Position numbers and translations under genes: made by a program. Source: Dicyema japonicum (taxonomy: Eukaryota; Animalia; Dicyemida). From it: DNA of 64,000 bases. Of this stretch, positions 25,640-36,082 are shown piece by piece; position 1 is the first letter of the stretch; each line of letters opens with the position of its first letter. Where the stretch lies: the NCBI GenBank assembly GCA_011109175.1, contig RDEW01000011.1:1012088-1076087 (forward strand). The letters are read 5' to 3'. The notes under the pieces were generated by a model. It saw nothing but the letters and a program-made list of their open reading frames with translations, ran no database searches and was not told the DNA's origin.

Positions 25640-26400
25640 TTAATAATAATATAGGAAAGAAAAGGCATTAAATGGTCATATGTCAGGTGCCTTGACTGTG
25701 TGGCTATTCACTCTCAGGATGGAGAACGAGATTCGCTCAAATAACCAGAAGCGCTCACGAGGGTCTCCTAATCGTGTAGCGATCCGATTCCCTAGATGAC
25801 TCAAGAATAGCGATGCAGGTGCAAGGGAACCAAACGTCTCAACGGCGAGTGGAACGAACAAAAATCATTGGGTAGGACCGTGTACTTTTCCCGTTTCAAC
25901 CTCTCGGCCTTCTCAGCAGAAAAACAGGCTCCAGAGGCACTCAGGAGTAGGTTACAAGAGGCAAACGCGTCGTTGCAGGTGACGTCCCAGACAAGAGGTT
26001 TCCCGACTTTAAAAAGGAAGATTGTCATCCCATCTGGTCGTTTTCAGTCCCGCCTGCAAAGACCTACTGGTTCGAGCGTGGAGGAGTGTCCAGTGGCGTC
26101 CAAAGCTCGTTTAAAACTTCGTTCAAGGCCACGAGTCTGGAAAATCTGCCTGCGCTCTTTTTGCAGGAGCCAAAACTGTCGATCTGGTCTTCACATCGGC
26201 ACGGATATGGAACACAGACTTTTAATCCCAGTTGTAATGAGATTTTAATGCGGAAGGTACTCAACTCATCATCCAGGAAGGTACCCAAAACTCCTTTGGG
26301 AAAAGCGTTGAGCCACGCACCGCTGTCGGAGGACGCTCCCGACAACAAACAAGCATGGCGATTTTGGCTAGATGACACCAGCAAATCTTCTAAAGAATTC
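25640..26400 (-). mobile_element. CRE-clade 3' portion
   Basis: GAWLNAFP..FLDDE, CRC, LVWDVTC, FVPLAVETFG, ERISFSILR. Confidence 0.85.
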
Positions 26401-26885
26401 CAGCATTTTACCATGTGTTCGAAAACTTCTCGTTGCAATTATACAAGGCTTAATTGTTTCCAAAAATTCGAAATTTTGAGATTTAAAGACAAGAATAATA
26501 TTACATCGTTCCAAACAATCGCTCACAGATTTTCTGATTTATTTAATATTTGAATTTCAAGAATAACAGTGAATAATAATCTTAATTCCTGAGAGTCCAT
26601 ATTAAAAACATCTAAAAATTATATTCCTTCAACAAAGACATGCAAATTGTTAAAATTTCCTGAACTTGTTACTAAGCTTGTTGAATTGATGTATTTGATG
26701 GAATCTAAGGGTATTTTTAATTTGTTTTTTGTTTGAAGCTTTGTTAACTGATGCACTAACATCAAATAAAGCACAAAATATTGCTGAAAAGTTAACAACT
26801 AGTGATTTCAAGAATTCAAAAGGATTTCTTACAAGATTCAAAAAAAAGAAATGGTTTTCGAATGTATAAATTACATGGGGACATT
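26400..26885 (+). mobile_element. Tigger/pogo transposase N-terminal remnant
   Basis: HTH-like segment paralogous to 20199-20752; followed by FKNSKGFLTRFKK and KLHG. Confidence 0.65.
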
Positions 26886-27023
26886 ATAACTACAAACACC
26901 TGACCTAGAAAACATCGGTAATTATAACTGACAACAATTTTGATAAAAAATAATTTTTTACTTTAATGGTTTTTTAAATAATTTTTTTTTCAAATTCCCA
27001 AATTGGCCACAAATAGTTCAGGA

Positions 27024-27240
27024 ACAATTTTGGGCCAATTTATGGGACCCCCTACTGTATTAACAATCCCAAGCTTACAATTTTGGGCCAATTTAAGGGA
27101 CCCTACTATATTAACAATCCCAAGCTTACAATTTTGGGCCAATTTAAGGGACCCTACTGTATTAACAATCCCAAGCTTACAATTTTGGGCCAATTTAAGG
27201 GACCCTACTGTATTAACAATCCCAAGCTTACAATTTTGGG
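27024..27240. repeat. 51-bp minisatellite, ~4.2 copies
   Basis: Unit ACAATTTTGGGCCAATTTAAGGGACCCTACTGTATTAACAATCCCAAGCTT starts at 27024 (53-bp variant), 27077, 27128, 27179 and 27230 (partial). Confidence 0.95.
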
Positions 27241-27535
27241 TAAACTCAGCAACAATCACAATTAATTAATCTAAGAGGGAGCACAAGGGAGAGAGTAATT
27301 TATCTCTTGGACAAATTCCATGAAAATCGAAGCTATGAAAAAAAAGTTTTTTTTAAGTTAAGGAACGATGATCCGTAAGAACCGAGAAGCGTACCAGTGT
27401 GACTACGAGCATCCAGATATACGATCGCTCGTGTGGGTTCAAAGAACAAGGCCAAGCTAAAGTCTCTGTTGGACCGTGCTGGTATCACATGAGTAGCTAG
27501 TTTGGCGTTACCATGGTCTTTGAAATTTATCATTT

Positions 27536-27850
27536 CAAGGAGAACGTTTGCTTGTGTTGACCAAATTCATTCTCTAATACTCTATTAGAAGTAGGTCTGG
27601 TCTCTCCCACTTTCATCACGCGTCCTAGTGTCGGAGAAATAACCTCATTCTTAGGCTGAAGAGTTTTCATAATGGTAATCTTCAACAGTGGAGTTGGTCA
27701 GGAAGAAGGTAGGAAGATCCCCTACAACAACTGTATCGTGCTAAAAGGAGTCGTCGCCTCAAGGGTGCACAAGAATTGACCTTCACTGAAAATTCCATCT
27801 TTCGGATTCTAAACTTAGACTTCAGATCCTATGTCATCACTCGTTACGAA
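27536..27850 (-). repeat. Unclassified diverged repeat, copy A (inverted relative to copy B)
   Basis: Reverse complement shares ordered blocks with 29058-29370: TGATGACAT.GGATCTGAAG, GAATCCGAAAGATGGA, AAGGTCAATTC, GAGGCGACGA, GGATCTTCCTAC, GAAAACTCTTC, GACCTACTTCT, ATTTGGT.AACACAAGCA.A.GTTCTCC. Confidence 0.85.
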
Positions 27851-28136
27851 CCCTAACCTAAGCACAGTGATCCGGGGGACATTGTCCGAGGAGCTGAGGT
27901 CGATTCCAGAACTCGTCATCAGAAAACGAAATTGTCTCCAGATGGAATGAATCGATAGATCCTTTTAAATGCCGACCAGGCATTGTACGTCTCCTGAGTA
28001 TTGTGGATCCAATTACGCCATCATAAGGAAGGAAGAGAAATTTTCAATCACCACATGTCACCACGCAGCTTCACTTTATTGGTTAAAGGCGTGGCATTTA
28101 ATGTTTGGTTTTTATTTATTTAAAATTGTTAAATAA

Positions 28137-28959
28137 TTATAAGTTTTGAGGAATATCTCTTACTTTATTCGAATGGGTTGTAATCTGAACTGAAATATTG
28201 ATTTCTTTAAATTCTTCAAATAATGTCCCCAAATATGAATAAATCATCAAAAACAAAATCCATTCAAAAAAGGCAGACACGCTTTTAATCATCTACAAAT
28301 AAAATTTTGTATAAATTTTACATCACTTTTACTGGATATGAACAATAGACCAATGTCTTCATTAAAATAACAATTTTACGGATTATTAGGGAAATCAAAG
28401 AAGTCGAAGATATAATCCACTTCAAAATCCAGATATGGTCTTTTAGTTGACAGGATACCGCTGAAAATACTAAGAAAGCCATAGAACTTCCCGTAAATCC
28501 CATAACCGCACTAAAAGTGTGAACCATCGACAGTGGTTTTTCCTAATTAAAAGCAATTTTAGTGAAATACCTGGAAATTAATGACTGTAATGAACCCAAG
28601 GGCACAAATGACAAACAGAACACAAGCAATATTGTTTCCTAACTGAGGTTTTTGAGCCAATTTGAGTTTTCTTCGATTATTTACAAAATGTATGAAAAAG
28701 GCAAAGTAAGCTACAAAATGAATCAATCAGTATGACCAAGTAGCACAGAAAAATTCATAAAAAGTGAAAACAAGGAACTCTGAGGCCTCTGTGAAAAAAG
28801 ATCACTTGCATTCATGGATATTTGATACCTGATGTAGGGAATAGTTGAAAATGTTCCCTTTGGGGTGGTTTCTTGTTCCCAAATAAAAGTTCCAAAAAGT
28901 GCGATAAATCCTGATATCGTAGATACTGTGATTATGTGTCTAATATTATTCTCAATCAT
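28137..28959 (-). CDS. DRAM/TMEM150 (Frag1/DRAM/Sfk1) family membrane protein, 6 exons
   Basis: Spliced product has PYISD..P.SSLF, LGFITVINFQ, MVH..SA and SAFFEWIL..FEEF; five GT-AG introns of 23-29 nt. Confidence 0.85.
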
Positions 28960-29057
28960 TTAAATTTAGAATGACATTACTTTTTATTGAAAAATAATTT
29001 ACGTATATTTTATGGTGATTATGCAACTCTTTTAGACTAACTTGGACCTTCTGACTG

Positions 29058-29370
29058 AACGTCTGATGACATCGGATCTGAAGATAGTGGTTCGAATCCG
29101 AAAGATGGAGTGTTAAGCAAAGGTCAATTCCACTAACGAGGCGACGAGTCTTTCTGGCGCGACACAGTAATTGAAATGGATCTTCCTACTTTTTCTCTAA
29201 CCAAATCCTCTCATTGAAAACTCTTCCGTAGAAGAATGATGTCCGCGACGGTATGACGTGCGATGAAAATGGATGAAAGCGGACCTACTTCTCCACCTCT
29301 CTTCTTAAGCAGAAGTCTGTAATTTACTATTGGAAGATGGATTTGGTTAACACAAGCATATGTTCTCCCT
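29058..29370 (+). repeat. Unclassified diverged repeat, copy B
   Basis: Same conserved blocks as the reverse complement of 27536-27850. Confidence 0.85.
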
Positions 29371-29659
29371 TGGGTTCCTTTCATGGATTAATTAGTTATG
29401 AATAGGGCAATTTTTTATGGCAACTAAAATTTCCAAAATGGCATCTAACAATGAATAACATGACTATCGTAAAATTTATAAATTGACCAATTATTTTTTT
29501 TATTTATTATAAAACATAATTATGTATTTTTCAACATTATTTTTATTAAAATTTCTCTCTTTTTTTAGAGAGTTTCAATAGCTCACTCAAAACTGCGCAA
29601 AGCTGCAGTATAGTTAAATACACTTTGATAAAAAAATTTTTTATTTTTAACTACACAAA

Positions 29660-30900
29660 AAGTAACAACTACTAGAAGCTCATTTCAGCCAGGCTGGCTG
29701 GTCTCAGATTCGCAAACCTATCTATAAAAACGATTTTTAAGGAAATGGGGTCAATAAGACATATCCTTTCTCCAATATCGATATTCATACTTGCAAAAGG
29801 CGATCCGATACCGTTCAGCAGGGTCAGTGATCTGCTTCCAAGATAAACAAACATAATATTCAATATACTTGATTCCAGTACGGCAAAGTTTATCAGGCTG
29901 ATCGGTCAGCTTGTATGGCGGAAGCAGGATCCTAGAATGACACGAGATTAATAGCGTGAATTAATAAGTTCCTTATCGAAATTTATTGCGAGAATGCTTC
30001 TGTGAGCTTCTAAAAATTAAAAGGAATCAGAGACAGAATTTTAGGAACCCCAATTAACAATAAAATTTCAAAAATATAGTTTTTACAAATAAGCTAAAAC
30101 TTTGGAAACCCTATCGCAATTAGGTAAATTAACTAATTAAGCGAATTTTGATCCAGATTGTTGATAATCCTTCTTCTTCTCTTAGAAGAAGAGTGTGCCA
30201 TAAACTCCCTGTTACTCCCCATCTCCACATCAGATTCAGTCGAAATATCTCCGTTAAAGTCCAGTGGGCTGTCCTCACGGCATGCCAGTTCCACAAGTTG
30301 GGAGGTAGCAGAGGCGTACACTTCATNCAGTACGGCAAAGTTTATCAGGCTGATCGGTCCGCTTGTAGAGCGGAAGTAAGATCCTAGAATGACACGATAT
30401 TAATAGCGTGAATTAATAAGGTCCTTATCGAAATTTATTGCGAGAATGCTTCTGTGAGCTTCTAAAAATTAAAAGGAATCAGAGACAGAATTTTAGGAAC
30501 CCCAATTAACAATAAAATTTCAAAAATATAGTTTTTACAAATAAGCTAAAACTTTGGAAACCCTATCGCAATTAGGTAAATTAACTAATTAAGCGAATTT
30601 TGATCCAGATTGTTGATAATCCTTCTTCTTCTCTTAGAAGAAGAGTGTGCCATAAACTCCCTGTTACTCCCCATCTCCACATCAGATTCAGTCGAAATAT
30701 CTCCGTTAAAGTCCAGTGGGCTGTCCTCACGGCATGCCAGTTCCACAAGTTGGGAGGTAGCAGAGGCGTACACTTCATCGTATACCTTCATCCCATGCTT
30801 ATGTTCAATGAGCATACTTTCGAGCGTTTTCTTCAGCACAACCGATTGGATGTAAGTCCTCGTTAATTCTTCAATAGATAATTTATCCATATAATTCTTG
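29660..30900 (-). mobile_element. R4-type retrotransposon C-terminus and probable 3' UTR (partly doubled across an n join)
   Basis: RTYIQSVVLKKTLESM matches the C-terminus of the 12297-13094 element; 29876-30327 repeats 30329-30779. Confidence 0.55.
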
Positions 30901-31171
30901 AAGCATTTTGAGAAACTCTATCTAAAAAATAATCTTCACTTGGCACTCATAGAGCAGCATAAAGTTTGTTTGCAAGTTTTGAAAAATTACCCCAAAAACA
31001 GAGGTTTCCTCAAAAATGAAAATCCGACATTTTCTTCATTTTTATAACGACTTTAATAGTTTTAACATATTTTCCATTAATTTTATTAATAAGTAAAGTA
31101 TTTGTATTAACATTTAAGCTTGTTTTCCATTAATTTTACTAATAACTAACGTATTTTTTAAACAAAATTTT

Positions 31172-33250
31172 TTAAATTCTATTACACGAAAATAATCTGT
31201 TATTTTGTTTCCTGTTGCAGATTTCTTCATATGTATGCTTAATATTTTTTTGAAATTGTGATAGTCTTATAACGCACCTGTGAAACAAACAGTGAATATT
31301 CTTTTCAAGGTTATTCATTGTTGTTATTGTGTCCAAGTGTGAACAGTTGTATTCAGTTTGGTCATATGACTTATCATCATTTTCTTCTTCATTTTCAGTA
31401 ATTACATCTGCAATTATGATGTCCAAATTTTCTTTCTCATTACAGTCGAACCTCGATTCGGAACGCAATGTGTTCCAAAAACTGAGGTTGTTCCAAAAAC
31501 CGAGGTTCTGTCAAAAATTAACATCAATATAATTGTAATAATTTAATTAATGCAAGAAAGTCTTAAAAATCAAACAGTAAAAATCCTTTAACGAACTTGG
31601 AGCAATATCTAGAACTGATTCTTCCAATTCATTAATTTTTTACTACTTCTTTGATCGTCGTCTTTTTATTTTGCATACCATTATAAACAATTTCTTCATT
31701 ATCGCTGCTTTCCAATTTCCAACACTTAGTCTACAACTTGTTCTATAACATCATCCGTCAGATTATCAGACACAACAAGTATTTCATTGCCGAAAGTATT
31801 ATCCCAACAATTTGTAATTATTTCGGAGGATACATTTTGCCACGATTTCGATACTATTATCAATGATTGGCGTAAATTAATTTTTTTAAGTAAGTCGCAA
31901 AAAATCTTCTTCATCTATACAACAAATAAATTCAATTAACGCCTTCGAAAAATTATCTTTATATTCTTAATTATCTTAAAACAGCTTTGATTATCCCGTG
32001 AATGATTTTTCAGTAGTCGAGCAATTTCAACTTTTTCTCGTAACTAAGACTCATCATGATTTTTTTTATTCAAAAATAATTAATTTTTTAATGATTAGAA
32101 ATAAAAAATAGTAATAAATTCAGTTCCAAATCGAAGTTTTCAGTATTTTTAGCAGAGATCCTACAAAGTGTTTCAAAAACTGAGGTGTTCCAGCCCCGAG
32201 GCCCGTTCCAAATCGAGGTCGGACTGTATTAACTAAAAAATTTTAATTAGGAATCAGTTGCCTACAGTTATTAATTGTTTCCCAACAATTCGTTATTGTT
32301 TCAAGATTTAAATTTTGCCATGTTTTCCCAACAATTATTATAACATGACGAAGATTTAATTTTTTAATTAAACATTTGTAATTCAACGTCCTTAAAAGAA
32401 AAAGTAAAATCCATTAAAGCGTTTAGATAAATTTACTTAAAGGATTTAATAACACCCATGTCTAACGGTTGAATTAACGAGGTTGCATTTCTTGAAGAAA
32501 AAACAATTCAATCTTGGAAAGATAGAAATTCTTGTGACAACTTTCGTTATCAAGTAACAAAACAATTTTTCTCTTTTGCTTAATCATTTGTTCATTTGTA
32601 ATGGTGAGCCAAGTAATAAATATTTCTAATGTCATCCAAGAATTTTTGGATGATAAATAAAAAACTCCATGTGCTTCAGGGTTAAGTTTTTCATACAGTA
32701 TGGAGTTTTAAATTTCCCCACTAATAATGGATTCAATTTTTCTCCACGAGCACTGATTGAGAAAAATATCGTGACCTTTTCCTTGCTTCTTTTAATACCG
32801 AAACAGTCTTCGCTAGGAGTTACAAATGATATTGACGGTATCCTTTTAATAAATAATCCAGTCTCGTCGCAATTACAAATATTTGGAAGACCATATTCTT
32901 TTACGTATTCATCATACTTGGCAAAAAAACATACCAAGCGAAGAAACATCGGAAGAGTTTTTCTCCACTAATTGTCCTAATGACAACTCATGTCTTTTCT
33001 TAAATTTTTCCAACCAGCCATTGGACCCTGTAACGGCGAATAATTCAACATCTTTGCTACTTTAGAAGCAATATTTTTTAAAAGAGTACCGGACACAGGA
33101 ATAAATTTCTCCCTTGTCTTGGTAAAAGCCTCTAAAACGATTTTATCCAATTTTTTAGATAAAGTATTAGGAGAGCATTGTTTTTTTCACGGAAAATCTG
33201 TTTGAACAGTACTAATATTAAAAAAATTGAGATAATTTTTTATACGTGAT
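31172..33250 (-). mobile_element. Decayed Tigger/pogo DDE transposase, interrupted by a related non-autonomous element
   Basis: SNGWLEKFK, NCDETGLF, SKEKVT..GEKL..LLVGK, LLLDN, IQPLDMGVIKSFK, NCW; acidic C-terminal part at 31172-31440. Confidence 0.85.
31443..32226 (-). mobile_element. 784-bp non-autonomous Tigger/pogo element with TIRs and TA TSD
   Basis: TA|CAGTCGAACCTCGATTCGGAACG...CGTTCCAAATCGAGGTCGGACTG|TA; internal remnant SKSWQNVSSEIITNCW. Confidence 0.9.
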
Positions 33251-33269
33251 GCAGTGCCTAACAACTGAA

Positions 33270-34650
33270 ATTACTAAAAAAACCTTTTTAGCGTTTTCCA
33301 AAATATGTCAAAAAAGTTTTTGTGACATAATCGTCCACTAGACGGCTCCATTTGAGTCAGTTATAAATTCGGATAGTTCAGATAATTTGGTATTTAGTAA
33401 ACGTATAGAATAAAAGGAGTTATTGGACTGCGTTTTGTTTATCTTCAGCGAATTCCGTTTCTTGATGAGTGACACAATTTTCGATGATAATCTTGTATTG
33501 AACTTCTTGTAAGAGGCGATAGGAATAAATAATTTATCAGCCTTCAAAGTGATAGCAGACAGAATCTTGGCCGTCTTACAATTCTCTACTGTACAATTTT
33601 CCATAGTAAGATCAAGTAGACTATTGTCCAAATGCGCCCTGAAACCTTGCCAGTCAGCCTTTAAATAATTTTTGAACTTTTTAGAACAACACAGTGAACA
33701 AATAGGCCTTCTAAGTCTCAACACAATAAGGTTATGGTCGCTTGAGAAACCATAACGAACATTCCATGAAATACATCCAGCCATAAAAGGAGAGCAGAGA
33801 GACAGGTCCAGGGATGTTGGACTGTACCTTCTGCGTGTCGGGGTCCTTGTGTGAGTGTCCGGGTCATTGAGGATAGTCAAATCATTAAGTAAAGAAAAGA
33901 TGTACTCGCCGCGACTGTCGGCTGATTGTGACCGGAGCCAGAGTGGATGTTTGGCATTTAGGTCGCCGCATAATACCAGATCTTTCAATTCAAAAAGTTT
34001 CGATAAGTTTGGAATATACTTTGGGATAAGGGAAGTCGACGAACTCTGAGGTGGAATATAAATATTACACAGTGTAAAACGTCTTGAAAGTGAGAAAAGA
34101 ACTTCGATAGAGATTTGCTCTAGAATAGGGAATCCTTCGCAAAGAGAAGATACAAACGGGGTGACATCGGTGAACAAAACACCCTCCATAACAAACGTCA
34201 GTAATCCTCCACCGATACTTCTTGTCCGGTCCTTTCGGAGTATATTGTAGCCAGGAAAACGTGGGGTGGCGGATGACCTGGAGATTTTAGACTCCTGAAT
34301 AATGGCATTGTCCACTTTCAAAAAGGCAAAGAGGGAACATAGCTCCAGCACTTTATTACGGATTCCATTGACATGGAGTAGAAGAATGACCAGCGTGTAA
34401 TCGGGACCTGGGTTAGGTTTGATGTCTCCAGCCTGGAGTAACAAATTGGGAACGACGAAATTGGTAGGCCACCCTTCCAAAAGACGTAGAGGGGTGGAGA
34501 AGTTCAAACGGTTCTATTTCATGAAAAACTTGCACCGGGCGCCACCACAACAACAGGTGGACCGCATGCCGTTTATCTACTGTTGGGAGTTGCAGTTCAT
34601 ACACAGGGGAGAAAATTCCTTTCCATTTTGTCGGTAAGATCTACATGTGA
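33270..34650 (-). mobile_element. APE LINE 5' half with 2A-like motif and intact endonuclease ORF
   Basis: ORF 33338-34507: LLLQAGDIKPNPGP, then HVNGIRNK, IQESK, GGGLL, NIYIPP, CGDLNA, SDHNL, KADW. Confidence 0.88.
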
Positions 34651-34679
34651 TGAGGGGATTAGTTTTTCTAGTTTCCCAA

Positions 34680-36030
34680 GATTACTAATAGTAGTGATTT
34701 TTTGTTTGTTCGTCCAGGAAGATTGATTCTCCATGACGGACAGGCATAGCTGATAGATGGCTCAATGAATTGTTTGTACAATAATTTCAATGCTGAAAAA
34801 GGGTCTTAATGACACAAAAAATAGATTTGATTATTCCTAGGTTTCTTGAGCAGCTTCCGGAGATGCCGTCGACATGAGAGGGAAAGGACATGTGTGTAAC
34901 GGGGGTGATCCCCAAGATTTTTGTCTGGTTGATAAATATATCCACGGTCATTTTTCCAAGTCGTTTGTCTGAGGTAAATAAGGACAAAGATGATTTTCAG
35001 TAGATATATAAAGCCGGTTACAATTTAGCCTAATTTGAATCTTGTGAAGGTATTCTTGTAGTCTTTCTGATGCTTTAGAAGATCTTGATCGCAAGATCCG
35101 ATTAATAAGTCATCAGCATATGATAGGAAGAGATCGTCTTTATTATCGGGTTGTATAAATCGGACATATATAAGTTAAATAAGGCGGGGGATTAATGGGA
35201 ACCTTGTGGGACACCATTGGGTAGTAATCTTGAAACTCATTTGGTCCCATCCATGTATACACGGGCCCTTTTTCCATTGATAAAGTTAGCAACCAGAGTT
35301 TTATATTAGGGTTGACAGAGAGGCCAAACAATTTTTGGGTTAGGGTTTTCTTGGAGACAGAGTCGAAGGCCTTTTTGTTAATCAATCGAGCAAACGACGG
35401 TTTTGAGGTTGCGAGGATTTGTGTTAGAGACTTCAAGGATAAATTTGTTGAGGGCAGTGAAATGGGTAAAGGTTGAATAAAACCTTCTGAATCCATGTTG
35501 TGAGGATGAAAAAGGAAGGGACAAGGTTATAAGACTAAGAATCAGGTTTCCAATAATTTTGAGTGCATAGTAAAGAGATTGGTCGAAATGATGCAGGATT
35601 GTCTTTAGGCTTCCCAGTCTTAAGGATTGGGGGTATATATGACAGTTTCCAGATATTTGGAATGGTATTCATGTTTATTGAATAATTGAAAATCACTGTG
35701 ATTGCATTAATCGCAATAGGTCCAACGTGTTTTAGTAGGATAACAGTGATAGAATCAGGCCCACATGAGAAGGAAGAATTCATCCTCTTCAAACCCTCAT
35801 TGACATCTGAATGTTTGATAAAACTGATCGGTTTGGTCCTCTTCGGTCTCATTGAGGATAAAGAAGGCACATCCATTTTATTGAAAAACGTGGTGTCATG
35901 TGGTCTACCAGTTATGAAAGTTCTGGAAGCGCTCAGGGTACACATAATGCACCGCGAAAAAAGACCATTATCTACCCCCGTCCGATGAAGGACTCTTCGG
36001 ACAACTGCCTCTTCCCCTTCTTAATAAACC
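34680..36030 (-). mobile_element. APE-LINE RT region, decayed
   Basis: SCGPDSI, SFRPISLL, QHGF, KKAFDSV, SYADD, KILGI. Confidence 0.85.
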
Positions 36031-36082
36031 AGATTGTAAATTTAAAATTTGAAAATTAAGAATTCATAAATTATTTTAATTA

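Noticed and set aside
27024-27240. CRISPR-like appearance of the 51-bp array
   Set aside because: No unique spacers, no cas genes, eukaryotic context.
27849-27861. AACCCTAACCTAA as a telomerase RNA template or telomeric seed
   Set aside because: Too short; no recognisable pseudoknot, CR4/5 or H/ACA context; absent from the related copy at 29058.
29062-29110. CTGATGA..GAAA as a hammerhead ribozyme
   Set aside because: Extra bases lie between the core and stem II, stems I/III are not found, and the paralog has GTGATGA.
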